Part shown: piece after piece, positions 20,331 through 29,379 of the stretch | How the letters are laid out: each line of letters opens with the position of its first letter | How positions within the stretch are numbered: the first letter of the stretch is position 1 | From: Candidatus Cryptobacteroides sp. | GTDB taxonomy: Bacteria; Bacteroidota; Bacteroidia; Bacteroidales; UBA932 | Direction: 5' to 3' | Assembly: GCA_045224955.1 (NCBI GenBank) | Contig: JBGVAW010000051.1 | Span: 1 to 48,742 of the forward strand | DNA: 48,742 nucleotides | Notes under the pieces: model-generated | What the model was told of the DNA's origin: nothing | Database searches by the model: none | What the model saw: only the letters and a program-made list of their open reading frames with translations | Position numbers and translations under genes: made by a program

Positions 20331-21650
20331 TTACTTTTGAGTCCTTACAGTGGTAACTGCGCGCATTCCGCCGCAAGCTACAGTGTAAGACATACCGTCG
20401 GTAAGGTCATACATAAAGGCCTCTGCAGTCTGGGGATAGAATACCCTGTACTGAGCAATAAGCCTGTTGCAATCGTCTGCAAGAGAAGGATCGGCCTCAC
20501 GGGCTTTCTGCAAGAAATCAACAGCCACCCAATAAGGAGAGCGGCGGGCGATATCGTCACCATCGCAAGTGGTTGATCCCCAAATAGTACCGATGATGTA
20601 GTAAGCCTTTCCTGCAAACTCCGGATTAAGTTCTGCAGCCTTCTGTGCATAGGAGAAAGCCTTAGACTTCTGACCGTTCTTAAGGCAGTAGGTTGCATAC
20701 TGAAGAGTGTAATCAGCTGCATCTGCGTCGCCGGCCTCTGTTGCAAGACGAACAGCCTCCTCAAGGAAACTTCCTGATGCAGCGTCGTTACCCTGTCTTG
20801 CGTTAAGAAGATGGAGGGCGTATGCGCTCTGTGCTGAAGGCTCGTTCTTATGCATTGCGGTTGTAGCGCGAAGGAACAGGTCGTTGTTGATACAATCCTC
20901 TGTCTTGGTCATCATCTTTACGATGTTGGTAGCAAGCTCGATATTGTCGGGATCTGCATCGTAACGGGGAGTGAACAGGGCTATGAGATTCTCGCAACTT
21001 GCCACCTTGCTGGTGATGAAGATGCTCTCCATATCACCCTTTGCCTTGTCCAGAACATCCTGGCTTGCATCCTTTCCGGGCTCTATGGAAGCCACGATTG
21101 CGATATTCCTCTCGTATGTTGCAATTACCTTTTCTGCGTCAAGCTTACCATCCTGATAAAGAGTGATGGCGGTGTTAAGGTCGTTGAAAAGAAGACTGGG
21201 TTTTGTCTTTTCCTTGTTAACCTCGATTACGCCCTCAAGACCCTCGAATACCTGAGCGGGGTCCTTAACATAGTTGATGATATCGCTTCCTTTGTTGTTA
21301 AGAGCCTGAACGGTGTATGCGGGGAAGTTGGCTACCCTGATATCGTAAAGATTAAGGAGGGTGTCAACGAGAGCCTTTACATAACCTGCGTTATTCTTAT
21401 TTGCGGCTATTACACGGCGAACGATAACTGCACCGTCGGAATACACTCTCTGATTGTAGTTGTGAGCGCAATACTTGTAAGCCTTTCTCCAGTTAGGGGT
21501 TGCGTCTGTGTAGTTCTTCTGCTTGTAGTACTCTACATAGAAAGAAACATACTTACGGCAAGAGTCTACCGCTACTTCTTGTGCATCTGCTTTGCTGCCG
21601 AATGAGAAAGCCATCGCAGCTGCAAGGAATGCAAATAGGATTTTTTTCAT
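20331..21650 (-). CDS. Periplasmic tetratricopeptide-repeat protein
   Basis: Signal peptide, all-alpha repeats; SFYVEYYKQKNY..A..NW; C-terminal YWVAVD...YP...AFMY..VACG pattern. Confidence 0.8.
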   Translation of the reverse strand: MKKILFAFLAAAMAFSFGSKADAQEVAVDSCRKYVSFYVEYYKQKNYTDATPNWRKAYKYCAHNYNQRVYSDGAVIVRRVIAANKNNAGYVKALVDTLLNLYDIRVANFPAYTVQALNNKGSDIINYVKDPAQVFEGLEGVIEVNKEKTKPSLLFNDLNTAITLYQDGKLDAEKVIATYERNIAIVASIEPGKDASQDVLDKAKGDMESIFITSKVASCENLIALFTPRYDADPDNIELATNIVKMMTKTEDCINNDLFLRATTAMHKNEPSAQSAYALHLLNARQGNDAASGSFLEEAVRLATEAGDADAADYTLQYATYCLKNGQKSKAFSYAQKAAELNPEFAGKAYYIIGTIWGSTTCDGDDIARRSPYWVAVDFLQKAREADPSLADDCNRLIAQYRVFYPQTAEAFMYDLTDGMSYTVACGGMRAVTTVRTQK

Positions 21651-21672
21651 AGTCTGTATATTTAATTATTTT

Positions 21673-22995
21673 TTATTCGTATCTGGGCTTCTGGAACCAT
21701 ACGTCGTGGATGTTGAATCCGATGGTGAAAGAAACAAATCTTTCCTTTATGAGTCCGTTTGCCGTTTTACCTCTCTGGCCTGCGTTAACCGCAACCGTAA
21801 GGCCGTTATACCATCTGAAGATAGGAAGCGTCATTCCAAGGGTTACGCCCATTGTATTGACAGCGTTTCCATTTACCTTGTAATAAGCCTTGTCATAGTA
21901 GAAACCGGCCCTGTAGGTACATCTCCTGAAATAATAACGGATATCGTTCTTGTTGGGAGTATATTCGAAACCGGCCCTGAAAGACATCGCCTTTGTAGTT
22001 GTGAATACGGCGGCATCGTTTCCGTTGGCAAAGCCCTTGATTGCGTCCAGGTTGCTCCCGGACCAATCGGAATAAACAAAATCAACCTCTGCATTCCACC
22101 TGCTTCCGTTCCTTACAGAGAAACCGATTCCGGTTTCGCCGGCAAGATGAAGACCTGATTTTCCTTTGCCAAGGGTATCTATCGCATACCTTAGGGTATC
22201 GGCTACGCTTGAAAGGGATGCGTACTTATAATCCTTTACCGTTCCCTTGAGGGAGGTACGAAGCCTGTGGGTTACTCCGGCAGATACCGTGAGGCCGTTG
22301 GGAAGGCGTTTTTCGTACTGGACGCCCAGTTTTCCCGTGATGGCGTGAAGGTTGAGGTCATATCCGGTATACAGGCTGTTGGTCGATGATGACTCAAACG
22401 TGTACGTATAGTCCTTATCCAACTTTCCAAAATAGTACAGCAACTGCGCGCCTACGGAGAAGTTTTTATTGATATCCATTCCCGCTCCGGCGAACAACTG
22501 GTAAATGCCGCCCTGGCCGGACGCTGTCCTTGTAATATATCCTGTCTGGGCGAGGAGTTCCTTGTTTACCAGGCTGGAAAAATCAAAGGCTACATCGCTG
22601 AAAGGAGTGATACCTGCAATGAAGGCAGACCTTTCGTAGATAGGAACGGTGAACGATACGCCACTGATATTGAAGGTGTTGTTTGCCGATTTCTTCCAGC
22701 CCTGGCTGAACATTTTATTTTGGGAAGACAGGTTGATATCTGCCATAAATGCCAGTGTGTCGCGGGCTGTAACGGCGGCAGGGTTAAGATAATTGATAAA
22801 CTGCCTGTTGCGCATTGCTATTCCAACTCCACCCATTCCGTTGTTGAGAGCTGTTCCCTGAGAATAAATATCGCCTATTCCGAACAGTGAGTACGGAGAG
22901 TATGAGTTGTTGGCACTCTCTGACTGCGCGCTTGCGGCAACGCAAATCAGGGCGCCGAAAATAGTCACAAATAATCTTCTACAAACTTTTGACAT
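21673..22995 (-). CDS. Outer-membrane beta-barrel protein (FadL-like)
   Basis: Signal peptide, NSYSPYSLFGIGD, GMGGVGIA, NYLNPAA (FadL-type NPA motif), C-terminal WFQKPRYE. Start probably ATG 22995. Confidence 0.8.
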   Translation of the reverse strand: MSKVCRRLFVTIFGALICVAASAQSESANNSYSPYSLFGIGDIYSQGTALNNGMGGVGIAMRNRQFINYLNPAAVTARDTLAFMADINLSSQNKMFSQGWKKSANNTFNISGVSFTVPIYERSAFIAGITPFSDVAFDFSSLVNKELLAQTGYITRTASGQGGIYQLFAGAGMDINKNFSVGAQLLYYFGKLDKDYTYTFESSSTNSLYTGYDLNLHAITGKLGVQYEKRLPNGLTVSAGVTHRLRTSLKGTVKDYKYASLSSVADTLRYAIDTLGKGKSGLHLAGETGIGFSVRNGSRWNAEVDFVYSDWSGSNLDAIKGFANGNDAAVFTTTKAMSFRAGFEYTPNKNDIRYYFRRCTYRAGFYYDKAYYKVNGNAVNTMGVTLGMTLPIFRWYNGLTVAVNAGQRGKTANGLIKERFVSFTIGFNIHDVWFQKPRYE

Positions 22996-23701
22996 AATCG
23001 TCAGCAATTAATGCAAGGCCCATTAAGACCAAATTACAAACTACAAATATCGAGTTTTTCATCCGTTTTGCAAAATAAATCGCATCACCGCCTGTAAATA
23101 CGATGATATTATCCGGACGAAGACCGATGTAGCCGTCTATTTCAAACATTATGCCCGATATAACTCCGGACGTCAAACTTCCCTGCGTACTATGTCCCAG
23201 AACCTCTGATTTTTCCGGGGTGTCCAGAAGAGGAAGAGCCCTTGAATACCTGTTCAGAGCCTTGAATCTGGTCCTGCATCCAAGAGAGATGTTGCCACCC
23301 TCGTAAACTCCGTCCTTGCTGATCAAATCTATGGACAGCGTGGTTCCGAAGTCCACTACGGTACAGCCCCTTTCCGGGAAAAGATACTTGGCTGCAAGCA
23401 GCGCGGCTGCCCTGTCGTAAGTGATGTATTCCGGAAGGCCCTTGTTTGTAAGTATCTGGGTATGAGCCTTGTCAAGTATCAGCAGATGCTTACACTTGCG
23501 GCTGAGTATTTTCTCGTCGTGGGAAGAGATTCCATAAACAGAAGATACCACCAGGACCTCCGGTGTTTCCTTTTCAAGGAGAGAGAGAATAAAGTCAAGA
23601 ACCTTTTCTCCCTGGTATCTGAAGGTCTTGCCAAGGGTCATTCCGTCCGAGCGGGATGCCTTGACAGCGGTGTTACCAATGTCTATGATTAAATTGAACA
23701 T
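22979..23701 (-). CDS. coaX: Type III pantothenate kinase
   Basis: LIIDIGNTAVK, DR, VVDFGT, GGNI, FTGGDA, LVLMGL. Confidence 0.93.
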   Translation of the reverse strand: MFNLIIDIGNTAVKASRSDGMTLGKTFRYQGEKVLDFILSLLEKETPEVLVVSSVYGISSHDEKILSRKCKHLLILDKAHTQILTNKGLPEYITYDRAAALLAAKYLFPERGCTVVDFGTTLSIDLISKDGVYEGGNISLGCRTRFKALNRYSRALPLLDTPEKSEVLGHSTQGSLTSGVISGIMFEIDGYIGLRPDNIIVFTGGDAIYFAKRMKNSIFVVCNLVLMGLALIADDYVKSL

Positions 23702-23718
23702 AAAATTTCAGTAGCCTG

Positions 23719-23726
23719 CAAATATA
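23719..23726 (-). promoter_or_regulatory. -7 promoter element of the coaX operon
   Basis: TATATTTG on the minus strand in the mfd-coaX spacer. Confidence 0.6.
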
Positions 23727-23732
23727 GAAATT

Positions 23733-26700
23733 TTATGTTAATTCGCATAGAATACGGTAGGCTGTAGCAAGAGAATTTACGTTTCTGGAGATGAGCCGCA
23801 GCTTTTGGTCCGTGTTTTTAAGCTCGAAGAGCCGCGCCTTGCGGCTTATCATCGCCAATATGTTGCTGAATGTGTTTTCCCTGTAGTAAGGAGACATCGG
23901 GTTGGAAATAAAGAAGGAAATCATAATGCCATTCTTTATTATTATCTTCTCGAAGCCCAGCTTTTCTCCCAGGTGACGGATTTTAACAACGTAGATAAGG
24001 CTCTCGACCTCGTCCGGAAGGGTTCCGAACCTATCCTTGAGCCTTGTTGCAAGAGCGTCAAGCTGCGAGTCGCTTACAGTAGAATCCAGTTCCTTGTATA
24101 TCCTTATCTTTTCTGCAGTTACATCTATGTACTCGTCAGGGATAAGGGCTGGCTGATCCGTCTCTACCATACAGTCCTGAACATAGCCTGCGTTCACGGA
24201 ACGGGTAAGCATTCCGGTTTCGAGACCCAGCTCTTCCATTGCCTCCGCGAGAATCTTCTGATAAGTCTCATATCCCATATCGGAAATAAAACCGCTCTGC
24301 TCTGCACCCAGCAGGTTTCCGGCGCCACGGATATCCAGGTCCTGCATAGCGATGTTGAAACCGCTTCCAAGATCGGAGAAGGCCTCGATGGCCTTTAAGC
24401 GGCGTCTGGCATCATCGGTAAGAGTGGTAAGAGGCGGCACAATCAGGTAGCAGAACGCCTTTCTGTTGGAACGGCCCACACGTCCGCGGAGCTGGTGAAG
24501 GTCGCTTAGTCCAAAGTTCTGAGCCTGATTGATAATTATGGTATTTGCGTTGGGGATATCCAGTCCGTTCTCAATAATGGTTGTACACAGCAAGAGATCG
24601 TAATCTCCCTGCATAAAGTCCAGCATCTTGTTTTCCAGCTGCTTGGGCTCCATCTGGCCGTGGGCCACGCAAATCTTCATATCGGGAACCAGCCTCTGCA
24701 ATATATCGGCAATGGCGGGAAGTTCTTCAACCTTATTGTGAAGGAAGAAGATTTGGCCGCCGCGGCGGAGTTCATAGTTTAGGATATTCTGTATCTCTTC
24801 TTTATCAAAGAGAATGATTTCCGTCTGGGTAGGAATTCTGTTCGGCGGAGGAGTGCTTATTATGGAGAGGTCACGGGCGCCAAGCAAAGAGAATTGCAGG
24901 GTTCTGGGAATAGGGGTAGCCGTAAGCGTAAGAGTATCTACAGAGTGCTTCATCTGGCGCAACTTTTCCTTTGCGCTAACCCCGAACTTCTGCTCCTCGT
25001 CTATTATAAGAAGCCCTAAGTCCTTGAAGTCAAACTCGCTGGACAGTATCTTATGTGTACCCACAAGAATATCTATCTTTCCTTCCTTTATTCTTTTCTT
25101 GATATCGGAAATATCCTTTGCCGTGCGCAGGCGGCTTACATAGTCTATCCTGCACGGGAAATCCTTAAGCCTGGACTCGAAGGTCTTGAAGTGCTGCAGG
25201 GCCAGGATGGTAGTAGGCACAAGCAGAGCCACCTGTTTATTGTCGGCCACGGCCTTGAAGGCAGCCCTTATGGCAATTTCCGTCTTACCAAAGCCAACAT
25301 CGCCGCAGATAAGCCTGTCCATAGGGCTTACATCCTCCATATCCTCCTTTACCGCCTTGGTGGCTGTCTGCTGATCCGGGGTATCCTCGTACATAAAAGA
25401 AGATTCCAACTCCTCCTGTAGGTAAGTATCGGCAGAGAAGGCAAAACCCTTGGATGCCTTTCGCTTTGCATAGAGTTGAATAAGTTCCTTGGCTATATCC
25501 TTTACCTTGGACTTGGCCGATATCTTAAGGTTCTGCCAGGTTTTGGAACCAAGTTTATGTATCCTGGGAGGCTCGGCATCCTTTGATTTATACCGGCTTA
25601 TCTTATGCAGGGAGTGTACCGATACAAAGACAACATCGCCGTCGCGGTACATTAATTTTACCACCTCGTGCATCCGGCCCTTATCGTCCTTCATCCTTAC
25701 CAGGCCGCCGAATATTCCCACTCCGTGGTCGATATGTACGATGTAATCTCCTATATTGAAGGAACTCAAATCGTTAAGGGTAAGCTGCTCGCTTTTGTCC
25801 ACCGACCTTCTTAGTATGACTCTATGGAAGCGGTCAAATATCTCGTGGTCTGTATAGATACAGATTTTGTCGTCGGCATCGATAAAGCCATTATGTATAT
25901 TTATCCCGTTTACAAACTCCGGGAGTATACCTCCCGCCGTGTTGATGATGCTTTTTAACCTGTCCGTCTGGTTCTCCTTCTCCCCTACTATGTAAACCTT
26001 GTAGCCTTCCTCTGTCTTTGTACGGATATCGGAGGTTAGCAACTCAAAGTTTTTATTGAATACAGGTTGCGGTTTGATGGAGAATTTTACCGGTTCAGTA
26101 TCTATTCCGGCAATAGGCACCTCCAGGAACACCCTTTTATATTTTTGGGTTAAGGGAAAAAACTCCTCACCCTTGTACATATCGGAGGAATCCAGCCAAA
26201 GAATAGTATCCTGCGGCAGCAGGGAAAGGATATTTACGGTTTCAACATCTTCTGCGGATGCCGTAAGGTCCGGGTAAATCTGGGCCTCCTCTACCTTTTC
26301 TATGGATAACTGGGTATTACAGTTAAATACGTTTATTTTCTCTACCTCTTTTCCAAAAAGGGAAATTCTGAAGGGATTATTATAGGAATAGGAGAAAATA
26401 TCAATTACCGACCCCCTGAGGGCGAACTGTCCCGGGGCGGATACAAAGTCTGTTTTTTCAAAACCCAGGGCTACCAGGGAATTTTTCAGACTGTCATATT
26501 CTATTTCCTCCCCCTCCCTGATATTGATGACCGATTTTTTTATATTCCCGGTCGATGGTATCTCCTCCTTTATGGCATCGGGGTAGGATATGAATATTAT
26601 AAAATCATCTTTTTTAAGGGTCGATAGTTTCCCTATTGCAGCTGTGCGCTGAACCGACAGGGATGATTTGTAATTGCTTTTTTCTATGTTTTTACCGGTA

Positions 26701-26927
26701 TCCGGAAGAAAGAAAACACGGTCACCATCGGTCAGAGCATATAAATCTACAGCGCAGTACTCGGCCGCCTCGCGGGTGGGCAGAATAACGAAGTGAACTC
26801 CCCTGGAAGCGGCAACCTGATTTAAAATAAACCATCGGGACGATAAAAACAATCCGCTGCAATATACCTCTTCGCTACTGGAAATTTTATTTTTTAAAGC
26901 CTCTGCTGCTGCGCTGCAAATTATCAT
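23733..26927 (-). CDS. mfd: Transcription-repair coupling factor
   Basis: PGQFALRGSVIDIFS, VHIDHGVG (CarD-like RID), DRLICGDVGFGKTE, IIDEEQKFGV, TATPIPRT, QLRGRVGR, TRCF C-terminus. Confidence 0.97.
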   Translation of the reverse strand: MIICSAAAEALKNKISSSEEVYCSGLFLSSRWFILNQVAASRGVHFVILPTREAAEYCAVDLYALTDGDRVFFLPDTGKNIEKSNYKSSLSVQRTAAIGKLSTLKKDDFIIFISYPDAIKEEIPSTGNIKKSVINIREGEEIEYDSLKNSLVALGFEKTDFVSAPGQFALRGSVIDIFSYSYNNPFRISLFGKEVEKINVFNCNTQLSIEKVEEAQIYPDLTASAEDVETVNILSLLPQDTILWLDSSDMYKGEEFFPLTQKYKRVFLEVPIAGIDTEPVKFSIKPQPVFNKNFELLTSDIRTKTEEGYKVYIVGEKENQTDRLKSIINTAGGILPEFVNGINIHNGFIDADDKICIYTDHEIFDRFHRVILRRSVDKSEQLTLNDLSSFNIGDYIVHIDHGVGIFGGLVRMKDDKGRMHEVVKLMYRDGDVVFVSVHSLHKISRYKSKDAEPPRIHKLGSKTWQNLKISAKSKVKDIAKELIQLYAKRKASKGFAFSADTYLQEELESSFMYEDTPDQQTATKAVKEDMEDVSPMDRLICGDVGFGKTEIAIRAAFKAVADNKQVALLVPTTILALQHFKTFESRLKDFPCRIDYVSRLRTAKDISDIKKRIKEGKIDILVGTHKILSSEFDFKDLGLLIIDEEQKFGVSAKEKLRQMKHSVDTLTLTATPIPRTLQFSLLGARDLSIISTPPPNRIPTQTEIILFDKEEIQNILNYELRRGGQIFFLHNKVEELPAIADILQRLVPDMKICVAHGQMEPKQLENKMLDFMQGDYDLLLCTTIIENGLDIPNANTIIINQAQNFGLSDLHQLRGRVGRSNRKAFCYLIVPPLTTLTDDARRRLKAIEAFSDLGSGFNIAMQDLDIRGAGNLLGAEQSGFISDMGYETYQKILAEAMEELGLETGMLTRSVNAGYVQDCMVETDQPALIPDEYIDVTAEKIRIYKELDSTVSDSQLDALATRLKDRFGTLPDEVESLIYVVKIRHLGEKLGFEKIIIKNGIMISFFISNPMSPYYRENTFSNILAMISRKARLFELKNTDQKLRLISRNVNSLATAYRILCELT

Positions 26928-27216
26928 TTTTACTGTTCTGGTTGTTGATAAGTCTGTTGATAACCCTGTGAAAAAATATTAATAACTTAATTTTTAATTT
27001 ATTCTGATTTTTTGAAGGCAGAATTGTTTTGAAATTTCCAAATTTACTGGACGATGTTTATTAAAATTTTTTCATAAAGATATCAACAATTTTTTAACGT
27101 GTTAATTTATTGATTTATTGTATGATAGATAAAGTTTTCAACAAATTGACAACTATAATATCATCATCAATAAATTAAAAATAATATCTTTGTATTTATA
27201 ATTTTAAAAATTCGCG
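26928..27216. other. Probable chromosomal replication origin (oriC)
   Basis: Very AT-rich 289-bp spacer. Reverse boxes TGTTGATAA (26943, 26955) and TGTGAAAAA (26967); forward boxes TTTTTCATA (27068), ATATCAACA (27080), TTTTTAACG (27091); then TTTTCAACA-AATTGACA-A-CTATAATATCATCATC (27135-27168). Flanking genes diverge and parS sites lie 9-11 kb away. Confidence 0.8.
27039..27192. promoter_or_regulatory. Divergent -7 elements for mfd and ruvB inside the origin region
   Basis: TAAATTTG on minus (27039-27046); TATCTTTG on plus (27185-27192). Confidence 0.55.
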
Positions 27217-28257
27217 ATGGAAGAAGAACTGAACCCTTACGCATCGGCCGCCGACAAAGATAAGTATTTGGAAGGAATTATCCGTCCGCAAGAGTTGGAA
27301 GATTTTACAGGTCAGCCCAAAATTGTGGCTAATCTTAAAATTTTTATAAAGGCTGCTCTTCTTCGCGGGGAATCTTTGGACCACGTGCTTCTTCACGGCC
27401 CTCCCGGTCTTGGTAAAACTACTCTGGCTCATATTATTGCAAACGAACTAGGGGTAAATATGAAAGTTACCTCAGGTCCTGTTCTGGATAAGCCAGGCGA
27501 TCTTGCCGGCCTTCTTACTTCGCTTGAGACAGGAGATGTTCTTTTTATAGACGAAATTCACCGTCTCTCTCCTGAGGTTGAGGAATACCTTTATTCAGCA
27601 ATGGAGGATTACGTGATTGATATTATGATAGATAAAGGCCCCGGAGCCAGATCTGTCAGAATATCTCTCAACCCTTTCACTCTTGTGGGAGCCACTACAA
27701 GAAGTGGCCTTCTTACAGCTCCGTTAAGGGCAAGGTTCGGAATAACCTGTTCTCTTGAATATTATGGTTCAAAAGAACTTATAAGGATAATAAAGAGAAG
27801 CGCATCCATCCTGAAGGTGGATATAGACGACGATGCTGCAACCGAGATTGCACTCAGAAGCCGCGGTACTCCCAGAATTGCAAACGCCTTGCTCAGAAGG
27901 GTAAGGGATTTTGCCCAGGTAGAAGGAAACGGACGTATCGACGTAGAAATATCAAAAATTGCCCTGGATGCCCTCAATAGGGATAAGATGGGTCTTGACC
28001 TTATAGATAATAAGATTCTGCATACTATAATAACTAAGTTCAAGGGCGGTCCTGTGGGTGTAAATACTATCGCTACTGCTGTAGGTGAAGATCCGGGAAC
28101 TATAGAAGAGGTTTACGAGCCCTTCCTTATAATGCAGGGATTCATACAGAGAACTTCCCGCGGACGTATCGCCACAGACCTGGCCTACAGGCATCTGGGG
28201 TTAGAAAGTTACAGGACATCATCGGGCCCTGAAATAATAGAAAATTCATTGTTTTAA
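27217..28257 (+). CDS. ruvB: Holliday junction branch migration helicase RuvB
   Basis: [43 protein letters not shown]. Confidence 0.98.
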   Translation: MEEELNPYASAADKDKYLEGIIRPQELEDFTGQPKIVANLKIFIKAALLRGESLDHVLLHGPPGLGKTTLAHIIANELGVNMKVTSGPVLDKPGDLAGLLTSLETGDVLFIDEIHRLSPEVEEYLYSAMEDYVIDIMIDKGPGARSVRISLNPFTLVGATTRSGLLTAPLRARFGITCSLEYYGSKELIRIIKRSASILKVDIDDDAATEIALRSRGTPRIANALLRRVRDFAQVEGNGRIDVEISKIALDALNRDKMGLDLIDNKILHTIITKFKGGPVGVNTIATAVGEDPGTIEEVYEPFLIMQGFIQRTSRGRIATDLAYRHLGLESYRTSSGPEIIENSLF

Positions 28258-28260
28258 AAT

Positions 28261-29340
28261 ATGAAAAAGTACTTACTATCTATTCTTGTTTTATTGTTTG
28301 CCATTCCAGCATTCGCTTGTACATCGGTTATTATATCAGGTAAGAAATCTGCATCCGGCAGGCCTGTAATGTATAAACATCGTGATACAAAGAAACTAGA
28401 CAATTTCATCGGGCGTTATACCGGAGAAAAATATACTTTCATCGGCCTTGTAAATTCAGTTACCGACGGTGACGAGGTATGGATGGGAACCAATAATGTT
28501 GGATTTAGTATAATGAATACCGCTACCTATGATCTGAAGGACGATGATGTTCCCAAGGAGCTTATGGACCGCGAGGGTAAACTTATGTATCTGGCTCTTG
28601 GAAAGTGCGAGACTATAAAGGATTTCGAGACCCTCCTGGATACTCTTTCCCGTCCTATGGGGGTAGAGGCTAATTTCGGAGTCATAGATGCTCACGGCGG
28701 TGCTGCATATTACGAAGTTAATAATCACAAGTGGGTAAAGTTCGACGTTAACGACGAGAGCGTTGCACCCCTTGGATATCTTGTAGTTGCAAATTTCACC
28801 CAGACCGGACGTCCCCAGGACAGGAAGGGTGTCGATAGGTACGAGAAAGGTTGCGAACTTATGAAGACCGTGGTTCCCGGAAAAGATTTTTTCTGCGACC
28901 ATAATTTCCTTTTAAATAATTTTTCACGTAAAGGAAGACCTATTCTCAGGACTATCACTTCTTCTACAGTTGCAATTGAGGGTGTCGCTCCCGGCACTGA
29001 TCCTACCAAATCTGTAATGTGGACCACCTGTGGTTATCCTACTGCGGCTCCTTGTATTCCTCTTATGGTACTGGATGTAGATTTTATTCCTTATTACCTA
29101 AGGGCCGGAGACGACAATCACAGCGTAATTTGCGATATTGCTATGGATTTCAAGGCTAAGGATAAGGATTTATCTAAGATTTGCCGTGATATAGAGAAGT
29201 TTATAGACAAGAGTTTTACCAAGATTTACAACGATTGGGTTAGTAAAAAAATAACCGACAGCCAGTTTAAAGTTGCATATAGTGTACTTCTTTCTAAATT
29301 ATTTGAGAAATACGAAGAAAAATTGGCTAAAATTTATTAA
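28261..29340 (+). CDS. Secreted Ntn-hydrolase (C45/C69/choloylglycine-hydrolase-like superfamily)
   Basis: Signal peptide ending AFA followed directly by CTSVIISG...GRPVMYKHRD; WMGTNNVGF, ANFGVIDAHG, VVANF. Confidence 0.75.
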   Translation: MKKYLLSILVLLFAIPAFACTSVIISGKKSASGRPVMYKHRDTKKLDNFIGRYTGEKYTFIGLVNSVTDGDEVWMGTNNVGFSIMNTATYDLKDDDVPKELMDREGKLMYLALGKCETIKDFETLLDTLSRPMGVEANFGVIDAHGGAAYYEVNNHKWVKFDVNDESVAPLGYLVVANFTQTGRPQDRKGVDRYEKGCELMKTVVPGKDFFCDHNFLLNNFSRKGRPILRTITSSTVAIEGVAPGTDPTKSVMWTTCGYPTAAPCIPLMVLDVDFIPYYLRAGDDNHSVICDIAMDFKAKDKDLSKICRDIEKFIDKSFTKIYNDWVSKKITDSQFKVAYSVLLSKLFEKYEEKLAKIY

Positions 29341-29379
29341 AATTGCAGACCTATTGAAATAACTCATAACAATTATACA

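Noticed and set aside
26943-26975. 12-bp-period repeats as CRISPR or plasmid iterons
   Set aside because: Units are 9-mers without spacers, there are no cas or rep genes, and they fit DnaA boxes.
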